Of a DNA stretch of 64,000 nucleotides, positions 10,829 to 21,113 are shown one piece after another. The notes below the pieces were generated by a model. That model did no database searches. It saw only the letters and a program-made list of their open reading frames with translations, and was not told the origin of the DNA. Numbering within the stretch: the first letter of the stretch is position 1; every line of letters starts with the position of its first letter. The stretch is from NCBI GenBank assembly GCA_020891255.1, contig BQFW01000002.1:2480001-2544000 (forward strand), read 5' to 3'. This stretch comes from Entomortierella parvispora E1425 (taxonomy: Eukaryota; Fungi; Mortierellomycota). The position numbers were made by a program, and so were the translations under genes.

Positions 10829-12996
10829 ATGTCGACTTGTACCATCACTCTTGTCGAAAATATCAACGTCAAGACTAATTGTCATAGTCATAACAACAAC
10901 ATGAGAGGGCAAAGGTAAACAACAAAGAGCTCTACAGAAGGCTGCCCCGAAATTTCAGATCCATACTAACGATCTGTTACCTCTTTGTAAATAAAAGATA
11001 CCCAACCTCCCAGAACAACGTCGGTCGAATGTATGAGAATGGAGAGGGTGTCCCACAAAACTATCCCAAGGACTTGGAGTGGTGCCTTGAGGCCGCTCGT
11101 CATGGAAACGTCGCTGCTCAGAACATTGTCGGCGTCTTGTACCGTGACGGTAAAGGTGTCGAGAGGAACTACTCCACTGCCAGAGAGTGGTTTGTCAAGG
11201 CCGCCTACCAAGGGCATTCTGAAGCCCAGTGCAACTTGGGAAGGATGTATTACTTGGACGGCGACTACTCCAAAGCGGTAGAATGGTTTATTGCAGCATC
11301 CAAATCCAAGGATCCGTACGCTGAGGCTCTATTCAATATTGGCTCGATGTATTGTGAAGGCCGCGGTTATCAGCAAAACTTTTCCAAGGCGATGAATTGG
11401 TACAAGAAGGCTGCCGATCTGGGATATGCAAAGGCACAGCTTATTATAGGTGTGATGTACGACAGAGGCGAAGGCGTTGATCAGGATCACATCGAAGCTG
11501 CCGATTGGTATTCCTGCGCTGCAATTCAGGGGTGCGCCATGGCTCAATATAACCTGGGCTTTCTATATCGATATGGCAGAGGCGTTGATCAGAACAATTC
11601 CAAGGCCCTGGAATTATTCACTGGCGCAGCCAAACAAGGGCTCGTAGAGGCCCAGTACTACTTGGGAGTAATGTACCAAAACGGTGACACTGTTACTCGT
11701 AATATCTCTAGGGCCATGTCGTGGTATTTGAAGGCTGCCGATCAGGGAAGTTCTGACGCCAAGTTCAGCTTAGGCATGATACACGAGACTGGCGATGGTG
11801 ATGCCGAGGATTACCAGATGGCCAAGAAGTGGTACTTGGAGGCCGCCCACCTAGGACATGTTGCTGCTCAATATGAGATCGGCACCATATACTTCAGGGG
11901 CAAGGGAGTTGCCCAGAATCATCAAATGGCCATGGAGTGGTATAAGAAGGCGGCTGGCCAAGGGCACGCTGCCGCTCAGTATTGTGTTGGTGACATGTAC
12001 TCCAATGGTCATGGGGTGTCCAAAAATACATTCGAGGCTGCCGAATGGTATCTTATGTCGGCCGAACAAGGATATGCACCTGCGCAGAGAACTATGGGCG
12101 ACCTGTTTCTTTTTGACAAGGACGATCATAACGATAGCTCAGAAGCCATGGGGTGGTATTTGAAGGCTGCTAGCCAAGGGGATGCCTATGCCCAATGCAA
12201 ACTTGGGCTATTATTCTATGACGGCAAGGGAGTTCCTAAGGACTACCGGGAAGCCAAAGAGTGGTTTTTTAAGGCAGCCAACCAAGGGCATGCCGATGCC
12301 CTGTGGAATATAGGTCAGATGTGCGAGAACGGTCAGGGTGTTGTGGAAGACCATGAATCAGCGATACAATGGTTTTTGAAAGCCGCTGAACATGGATGTG
12401 CCGATGCTCAGTGTAGAATAGGCGATATGTACTGCACTGGAGAGGGCGTTCCTCAAGACTACCGGAAGGCCATGGAGTGGTTTGTCAGGGCTGCTGACCA
12501 AGGGCAAACGGATGCCATGTGCAACATTGGTGCAATGTATTTTGCTGGCAACGGTGTTCTTCAGGACTATCAAAAATCTATGAAGTCGTATTTGAAAGCT
12601 GCAGACAAAGGACACGCCGCGGCCCAGTTTGTGGTAGGTGGGATGTACCATCACGGCAGTGGCGTTCCTAAGGACTACAAGAAAGCCATGGAATGGTATA
12701 TTAAGGCTGCCAAGCAAGGAGATATCAGTTCTCAGTACACCATAGGCGTGATGTGTCAAGAAGGCAACGGTGTCCCTCAAGACGACCAGAAGGCAGCAGA
12801 ATGTTTTCAACGGGCTGCCAGTCAAGGACACGCTGCTGCCCAGTGGAGCTTAGGTTTAATGTACAAGCGTGGTCAGGGCGTTTCTAGGGACATCAAAATA
12901 GCCAAAGCCTGGATTAAGAAGGCGGCCGACCAAGGACACGATGCTGCTCGGGCCTACATATCTGGATCCAATACCGCGACGGGGGCTTCTACTTGA
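10829..12996 (+). CDS. Long Sel1-repeat protein B (~18 repeats)
   Basis: Exon 1 10829-10914 (MSTCTITL...), intron 10915-10997 with TACTAAC branch point, then an uninterrupted Sel1 array to TGA at 12996. Confidence 0.9.
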
Positions 12997-13140
12997 CTGC
13001 CAACAAATGATGGGCTCGGAGGTCATAAGGTTATATCGAGAGCAAAGGCGAATGAACTCTAGGACAAATAATAATAAAGAAACACGCGACGTAGCTAAAC
13101 TCTTACACTTGGAAAGAGTGGCCCTCTCATATACTTCATA

Positions 13141-13782
13141 AAGCGCCAACTCTAGTCAATGAGATTGGGACAATACTGAATTTATGATAGGCAGTCTCGG
13201 GTGATGAGCTCGATGCTTTCTTAACATAGGAGCCTGTCGCCAGAGATCCTGGAAAAGATGGCCAGATCATTGTTCAAAGGGCTATCTTAGTCTGGATCGT
13301 TTCTCGGACCACGATCGCAACGAGTCTCTGCCATCACCATTTATATTGGTGTTGGAGATGGGCATTATCAACTGTGGAAGGGACAGAGTCATGGATGTGG
13401 AAATCTACAGAGAACTTGATCAGACAGACAAGTGATGGCAATCTTTGAGTTTGAGTGTGTGGGTGGAGCATTGGTGAAGACAAGTTTCTAAAAGAGGCGA
13501 GATCTGGCCAAGGACCTTTCCAGGAACAAGGAAAGGAGGCCCATTGTCACCAAGCTTGTCAAGATTCCTGAGTATCGGTCTTTGATGTTTTGTTGTTCGT
13601 GCCTCTTTCGCGTGAAAGAGGAGGGTCGATCGGTCATCTGCAGTGAGTGCCGCAAGAGCCGCGACTGGGACCATGTTTCTGCTACGAATCTGTCGCATGC
13701 GGCCCTACACTTTCTTCGTAAACGAGAGTGGCCTGCTCCTCTTGCGGACGTTTCCAACCACTCCCACAACAACGATGCTTGA
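13141..13782 (+). mobile_element. Decayed Fanzor/TnpB-like RuvC nuclease C-terminal remnant
   Basis: One frame with 6 internal stops carries, in order: IYIGVGDGHYQLWKG (13339-13383), IPEYRS (RuvC-II-like E at 13570), CCSC (13591) and CSEC (13639) zinc finger, RDWDHVSATNL (RuvC-III-like RDxD..N, 13660-13692), and WPAPL. Confidence 0.62.
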
Positions 13783-14998
13783 AAAATGACTTCAACTGGC
13801 TCTTGTACTTGGACTGTTAGGAACAAGCGCCTGCAGCTGTACAGTACATGCCCCCGTCCCCCGTTCCCCCCCCCCTTTTTTTTTGATGTCTGTCAATCTC
13901 AAGCTTGGAAGCATCCTTTCATCACTGATGAAGCAACCACCTTCATTCACATTGAGCGACGAGGATCGAGCCTTGTTCAACGGAGCCTCAAAGTGGTTCA
14001 AATCTGGGGTGAGAATGAGATACAGAGTCAGCAGTACTGTACTTCGCTTCTCCTGAACTGCTTTACCTTCCCCTGCCCGTGCGCGTTCTCAACAGCCCTT
14101 CCCTTTGTCCACTCCTGAGTCCTAACAATCAAAAAAGCACCCCTGCATCCCGGTCTTTTTCTATATCTCCATTTTCTTTGGCTTTCCTCCCATTTTTTCT
14201 ATTCGCCTGCCCTTGCTTCGTGTCTGCCCTTGCTCCGTCCCTACCCTCCTCCGTCCCTACCCTTGCTCCATCCCTGCCCTGCCCTTGCTCCATCTCTGCC
14301 CTTGCTGTCCCCAGCTCTCCATTGCCCCTTCTTTCCCTGCCCCACCTTTTTTCCATTAGTATTGTGGTGTAACTAAAGGGTTGGGGATCTGATGGAGCTC
14401 AAGGGGGAAAGGGAGGTTGGTGCAGGATCTCACTGTCTACTGTGTGAACAAAGTACCAGTGAAGATCTCAATCCGGGTGGAGACTCAACTTGCAGGGAAG
14501 CGAACATGATCGATAGAATGGAAGTGGTTCAATTATATCAGCACAGGCAATCGGAATTGTAGGCGTCGACGACCTGCTGAAGGGCAACTGTCAAGAGGGA
14601 TAACTGTTCATAGGAAGTGTGTTCAACACCAATGCAATGCAAAGTGTAAGAAGGAAGGAGGCGACCCGGAGCAAGCAATTACTAGAGGTTGCCAAGGGAG
14701 TTCTATTCTTTTGTTCCAGGATGTGAGATGTAAATCCTCTACACGACAGTGTTGTTTCCCATGCCACCCCTTACATTGGTATCCCCTTGGTCTTTCAGGT
14801 ATCCCACTATACATCTCTCTCCTTAGTGTGGTGTGGTCTTCATCTCAATATCTCCCTGTCTCCTTCGACCCCTGTGTATGTACTGATTTATATCGATAAG
14901 GATTAAATACTCTGCCACACCACGGGCACATTCTGTCCTTGAACCTAATGCCTCAAGGTAACAAAGAGAAAGCGCGCTTAGGCTCCCCGACTTTTCTG

Positions 14999-15005
14999 TA
15001 TAAAT
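14999..15005 (+). promoter_or_regulatory. TATA box of the small secreted protein gene
   Basis: TATAAAT ~120 bp upstream of the ATG at 15123. Confidence 0.5.
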
Positions 15006-15122
15006 TGGTCCTCCTTCAAGTGCAACTCAGGCATTTTCCATTCTCTCTTTCAATCTTATTACACAATCTCATCCTGCAACCCCGCTTTACTCAAAACCGA
15101 ATCCATTCTTCAAGCTACTTAA

Positions 15123-15320
15123 ATGAAATTCCAATATTTACTCATTGCCTGTGCCCTGATGAGTTGGGCGGCAGCCACTCCTCTCCCTGCAGATGCCCCG
15201 GCTCCCCCAGGCGGCGCCGGAAACTCTTTGGACAACTTGAGTGGCGATTTAGGTTCTCTGACTGGAGGAGAAAAAAAAGGAGGCGTTTTGGGTGGCGTTT
15301 TGATTGCCGGCTTCCTTTAG
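15123..15320 (+). CDS. Small secreted Gly-rich protein (65 aa)
   Basis: Signal-peptide-like MKFQYLLIACALMSWAAA|TPLP, then a Pro/Gly-rich mature part; upstream TATA box. Confidence 0.7.
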   Translation: MKFQYLLIACALMSWAAATPLPADAPAPPGGAGNSLDNLSGDLGSLTGGEKKGGVLGGVLIAGFL

Positions 15321-16185
15321 CCTCAGCGGACACCAGAACTCTTCAAGTAGTTTGAGAGAATAAAACCGCCTGGTTCCCATCGAATGACCCTTCATTTTCA
15401 TATATGGAAAAGTTACGTCTGGGGGGAACGGATAGACATTTGGAATCGAACAAAGTAGAACATGGACAGTGGGCGCGCTTGGCATTGATATCTGAATACA
15501 GCTTTGATTATGGGAGGGGGTCTCTAAGTGTGTCTCCCTTGTACGCTTTCATTGCCCCAAGTCATCGGCGACCAAGAACGGGTGTGCCCAGCTCAATGTA
15601 CTTAGTTTTGTAGAGATATTTTCAAGGATAACCGGAACCTCGGCATTTTGCTGTCAACTAACGATACCGTTGTGCAATGATCATCTCGAGAATAGATGTA
15701 GATGAGCCAGCACCAATTCCCTGTTTTTTTTTTGTGTGTCTAGTTTTCGATTGAAGTTACACATATACATATGGCTTGGCCGTTCTTAGTCATTCACACT
15801 ATATATCTGGCTTGGAGAGGGGGAGAGGCGGCCGCATATGAGGGAGGGACGGAAGAAGAGAAACGAAGAAGGGAGAGTGGGAAAGCAGACGATGAAAAGA
15901 AGCGAGAGATAATTTTGGATCTGGGCAAAGTCGTGCATTGCCTGCGTTTCTTTCTCGTTCCTGTGTTCCGTAGAAACCCCACAGGGGCATTACTCTCTGC
16001 TCTCGCTTGGCTGCAGCGTAGCAGTCTGTAGGTAGTGCACAAGGTATTACGGCTGCTACTTTAACTGAGAAAACACATATGTGTACGCAGATAGGCAGGC
16101 ACACACAAAACGAATGAATGGCCATTGCTTGCTGTTTCTCAAAACAGCAATCAACTGAGTGATGGCCCAGAGATGTCCGTCTTTC

Positions 16186-16220
<35 letters not shown>

Positions 16221-16397
16221 CCTCCCCTGCAATTCGGCGCTGTCTGTAAGCTTCTTTCCCCCTTGAAAGTTTCCTTGTGGAACGTATCAAGGCAGCTATA
16301 TCGACGGCAAGGCAAAGCAGAGCTTTGGTCTTCGCCTTTTTTGAATTGGGAGGAGAGATTTCTGCTCTCCGTTGACAGCTCGATCAACGATACTGTC

Positions 16398-16598
16398 ATG
16401 TCGACCTGTACTGTCGCCAATGGAACTTGGATTTGATGTATGTGTAGAGTCAGGGTGTAATGAATGTGTAGAGTCAGGGTGTAATGAAAGGACAGCAAAT
16501 TCGCGGAGGAGTGGATTAAGAGGGCGGCTGACCAAGGATACGATGCTGCTCGGTCCGACGTAGCCGGGTCCATCTCCTCAACAGGGGCCTCCACTTGA
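16398..16598 (+). pseudogene. Internally deleted copy of Sel1 gene B
   Basis: Starts GATACTGTC-ATGTCGACCTGTACT (MSTCTVA), as in B and E. Ends WIKRAADQGYDAARSDVAGSISSTGAST*, matching B's end WIKKAADQGHDAARAYISGSNTATGAST*. Only ~200 bp lie between start and stop, with stops and frameshifts. Confidence 0.85.
16440..16487 (+). repeat. Exact 2 x 24-bp tandem duplication
   Basis: ATGTGTAGAGTCAGGGTGTAATGA twice. Confidence 0.95.
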
Positions 16599-17644
16599 CT
16601 TCCAAAAGAACAAAGTGCTAAAAGTAAAGGATTTCAAATTATATCGAGGGCTGGCTTTTCCTGACAAAGAAAAGAAAAAAACTCGGAACAATCCCTCCCA
16701 TCTACGCTCTTACTGCTAGGAAGGAGTGTACTGTTGATGTGTCAAGACTTCACGTAGATCTGATAGAACTGAAAGCGGATTTAGTGCAGTTGAGCAGAAA
16801 CGGTTCTTTAGTTCAATTGAGAGGGGAAGTTTTTTCTTCTCCTTTCCTTCGATGGAGGACGCCAGTTCTTGTTAATGACATTGAGGCATTACTGAATGCA
16901 GAATTGACACGATATTCCATGATCGGTAGTAAGTGAGTGCAATCATTAATCGTGACCGGCCCTATCGTTTGGAATTGCTTGTGTTTATCGCAGCGCTAAA
17001 AAGTTCTAGACAAATCCTTGCTTCCTTTGTTGGTCGCAGTTGGTTCCGCTTCAGCGACCACGTTGTTCGCTAAGGAATGTGATCGCAACAGAAGGCTGAT
17101 GGAAGCGAATAGATGCTGCAGACGAGGGACACGAGAAACAGCCGCAAGGCGAAGTAGGCTGAGATTGACTGCATGAAAGAATGAACACGAAGGGGGGGGT
17201 AGCGAGTTTTGACCTGTCGTCGATTTTTGTCTGCTCTCAAAGTGGGGTCACAACCCGAGTCAAGCAAGGCGCCTATCAGTTTTGGATTGAAAAATGATTG
17301 CGCTGTGCTGTGTCTTCTCATTTACATCCGGCACCGGGCCACACCCTAGAGCTGTTGCCCTCTAAACCAGAGTTCAACACCAACACTACTGGAAAGTCGT
17401 TGACAATCAGACTTGGATGCGTGTCTGTGCGAAGGTGATGACTGGTCTCTGCTCCCCTGATTCCTTTTTTTTTTTGTGGAACGGATGGCAAAGTAAAATG
17501 TTTTTGTCCTTCTTTTGGGAGACAGACCATGCACATTTTCGCTCTTCCACCTTTTCTTCTCCTCCCCCACCTTTCCACTCCCACGGTCCTCTCTTCGTAA
17601 AAATACATATCATCATTTCACCCTCTTTTATCGGTGGTACAGCC

Positions 17645-20594
17645 ATGACAACTTGCGCCGAAGTCATTCTACCCGAGGCGGAAGGCATTAGCCTCAAGAG
17701 CCTTGCCCACAGGATCATAGATCAAAACCTTCAAGACAAGAAAGATCAATGCCACATTGGATTGAAACAAAATTTGAGTGAACTCGAGTAAGAAAAAATC
17801 GAACGGCGACCATGTCAATGCATCATAGATCCCTTCCTCAACCCTTGGTATTTTTGGTGTGGTTTGGCCCGTTAGCTTAGACGGTTTAGATCGAGGAGAT
17901 CCAATCGCTCAATACAAAGCTGGTCGAATGTACGAGCGTGGAAAAGACATACCTCAAAGCTACACTGTTGCTATGAAGTGGTACCTGAAGGCTGCCCACC
18001 AAGGCAACGCATCAGCCCAGAACAGTGTCGGCGTCTTTTACCGTGACGGCAAGGGCGTGGAGAGGAACTACTCCACTGCCAGAGAGTGGTTTTTGAGGGC
18101 CTCTGATCAAGGACACGCTGCAGCCCAGTGTAACTTGGGGCGGATTTATCGCCATGACAACGACCATTTCAAAGCTTGGGAGTGGTTTCAAGAAGCAGCT
18201 AGCCAGTCGTACGCTGAAGCTCGATTCAATATTGGCACCATGTATTACGAAGGACGTGGGATTCCACAGGACTTGACAAAGGCCGTGGAATGGTACTTGC
18301 GGGCAGCCCATCAGGGATACGCAATAGCTCAGTTCAGCTTAGGTGCGATATACGAAGCTGAGAGTACTCTTCAAGACTTCCATTCAGCTGGAGATTGGTA
18401 TTCGAAGGCAGCCAAACAAGGTTTCGCCAAAGCTCAGTATAACTTGGGCGTTCTATATCGATATGGTAGAGGTGTTGATCAGAACGCTTACACGGCCCTG
18501 AGTTGGTTCAGGAAGGCAGCCAATGAAGGACTCGCAGAGGCCCAGTGCTGCCTGGGACAAATGTACCTAGAGGGTGACACTGTTCGTCAGAATATCTTGG
18601 AAGCTGTTGCTTGGTATGTGAAGGCAGCTGATCAGGGAGATCCCGATGCCCAGTTCAGCCTAGGCTTGATACACAGTGATGACAACAGCAGTCCAAAGTA
18701 CGAGAATGCTATGGAGTGGTTTCAAAAGGCTGCCAACCAAGGACATACCGCTGCCCAGTTTAAAATCGGTTCGTTATACCACGTTGGCATGGGTGTTGAC
18801 CAAGATCACCAAGTGGCCATGGAGTGGTATAAGAAGGCAGCCGACCAAGGACATGCCGCTGCCCAGTTTGAAATCGGCTCGTTGCACCACGCTGGCATGG
18901 GCGTTGACCAAGATCACCAAGTGGCCATGGAGTGGTATAAGAAGGCTGCTGATCAAGGATACGATGCTGCCCAATGTGCACTTGACTCAATGAACCTCAC
19001 TGGCAAGGATCTTCTCGATGGCGCAGATGTTTCCGTTGACAGCGACGTCCTCGATAGCAAGGATGTTCCCAATGACAGCGATGTCCTCGATAGCAAGGAT
19101 GTTCCCGTTAACAGTGATGTCCTCGATGGCAAGGATGCTTCTGTTGAGAAGGACGCTTCCAGTGGCAAGATTGATCCCAATGACAATATTGCTCCTGTGG
19201 ACGAGGATGTTCCCAATGGCAACATTGATCCCAATGACGATATTGCTCCCGTTGACGAGGGTGTTTCTAATGGCAAGATTGCTCCCGACGATAAGAATGT
19301 TCCTGACGATAACAAGGTTCCTGACGATAACAAGGCTCCAAAAGATCAAGGACACTCTGATGCCCAATTTACCCTGGGTACGAAGTACCGTGACGGAGAT
19401 GGAGTTTCCCGGGACATTAAGAAAGCGATGGAGCTGTACTCCTTGGCTGCCGATCAAGGACATGCCGATGCCCAGTACCACTTGGGAATGATGTACCTCT
19501 CTAACACAGGCGTTTCTACGGACTACGAACAGGCCAAGAAGTGGCTGTTGAAGGCTGCAACCCAAGGACACCCCGATGCTCAGTGTAGAATTGGGTTAAT
19601 GTATCGAACTGCCAAGGGTGTTACTCAAGATTACAACAAGGCCATAGAGTGGTATGAGAAGGCAGCCGACCAAGGAGTTGCCGATGCTCAGTTCAACCTT
19701 GGATGGATGTACCGAACTGGCAAGGGTGTTCCTGAGGATCATAAAATGGCCATGGAGTGGTATTTAAAAGCCGCAGGCAAAGGAAATATCGCTGCTCAAT
19801 GCGACATTGGCCTAATGTACCGCACTAAGCAAGGTTTTTTTACTCAGGACTTCGAAAAGGCAATGAGTTGGTACATGAGAGCTGCCAACCAAGGCGACGC
19901 CTCAGCTCAGTTTACAGTGGCCACGATGTACCATGCTGGCGAAGGTGTTTCTTCTAAGGACTACCAGAAAGCTGTAGAGTGGTATTCGCGGGCTGCCGAT
20001 CAAAAATATCAAGCTTCCCTATACGCTCTAGGCGTGATGTACCATGATGGAGACGGTGTTACTAGGGAGTATCCGAAGGCCATGGATTGGTTAAGGAAGG
20101 CTGCGGATCTAGGTCACTCGGCCGCCCAGTTCAAGCTAGGTTTGATGTACTACGACAGCAGGGGTGTTGATCGAGACTTAGAGAAGGCACTTGTATGGTT
20201 CCAGAAGGCTGAGAAGCAGAACTTCGCCGATGCCCAGAGCAAAATAGCCGTGATGTACCAAAACGGCAAGGGTGTTCCAAACAAGGACCGCAAAAAAGCG
20301 GAAGAATTGCATATGAAGGCGGCGAAACAGGGCAATCAAATTTCTCAGTACAGCGTCGGTATGATGTATCATGATGGCTCAGGCGTCCCCCGGGACTATC
20401 AGCAAGCGATAGTTTGGTTGAAGAAGGCGGCAGATCAAGGACATGTCGTGGCTCAGCTTAAATTGGGTTTGATGTACATGAATGCCACGGGTGTCACAAG
20501 GGACTCTCAGAAGGCCAAGGAGTGGCTGAAGAAGTCTGCCAGTCAAGGAAATACCGATGCACAGAAATACTTGGATAGCATGGCTAAGGAGTAA
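17645..20594 (+). CDS. Long two-lobed Sel1-repeat protein D (~10 + ~11-12 repeats, acidic hexapeptide linker)
   Basis: Exon 1 17645-17787 (MTTCAEVI...), phase-2 intron to a probable acceptor at 17875, then a 900-aa ORF of Sel1 repeats interrupted by an Asp-rich linker. Confidence 0.9.
19008..19349 (+). repeat. Coding 18-bp minisatellite, 19 hexapeptide units
   Basis: DLLDGA DVSVDS DVLDSK DVPNDS DVLDSK DVPVNS DVLDGK DASVEK DASSGK IDPNDN IAPVDE DVPNGN IDPNDD IAPVDE GVSNGK IAPDDK NVPDDN KVPDDN KAPKDQ. Confidence 0.9.
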
Positions 20595-21060
20595 GGATAG
20601 TATAAGCAGTGGGCCCGGTCGTAAATAAAAGGATCTCAGATTACATGTTGACCAGTTGTACTCTTCGCGAACATCTCCCGATATATTTGAAAACCTCTAA
20701 GGACTTTGTTCATCCGATGGGGAATCGTGATTGTTTAGCTATAGAATGCCTACTTGATCTAACGACGACGGAGCAACTCCCATAGAAACATGCACAGCTT
20801 GTGGATGATCGGCTATAACCAGCAAACACCCCGAGACTCTTCTGGACGACCACAGTTTATTATACAATGGTCGAATTCTAGTGTAGAATAAACAATTAAA
20901 CAGACAAAAACGCAAATCTACCTCTCAGACGCCTGTGCGCTTACTCTTGGGAAAGGCAGCACCCATAGTGCGCCCAGGTTCCAGACTTCATGCATATATA
21001 ATGCAGCTTGCCTCCTTCCTTCATAAAACTTTAGCCCCATACCATGATGCTGGTGCAGTA

Positions 21061-21113
21061 CAGTGTAAGTCGCACATTAGACCGAATGTCGGTCCATTGT
21101 GCGACTTGCACTG
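21061..21113. mobile_element. 53-bp foldback element (MITE-like) with Tc1/mariner/pogo-type ends
   Basis: TA|CAGTGTAAGTCGCACATTAGACCGA-ATG-TCGGTCCATTGTGCGACTTGCACTG|TA: 25-bp inverted repeats (3 mismatches), a 3-nt spacer and flanking TA. Confidence 0.6.

Noticed and set aside
13960-14010. tRNA or SINE suggested by GGTTCAAATC
   Set aside because: No T-stem pairing (GTGG versus CTGG), no acceptor stem and no convincing A-box; not a tRNA.
13840-14041. Possible TA-flanked MITE (TA-CAGTAC...GTACTG-TA)
   Set aside because: The inverted match is only 8-9 bp including the TA and does not extend inward; compatible with chance.
16440-16487. Short direct repeats as a CRISPR-like array (also 39974-40029, 19008-19349)
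   Set aside because: Head-to-tail tandem repeats without unique spacers, no cas genes, eukaryotic context.
17034-17060. GGTCGC...GCGACC hairpin
   Set aside because: A 6-bp stem with a large loop; not distinguishable from background.
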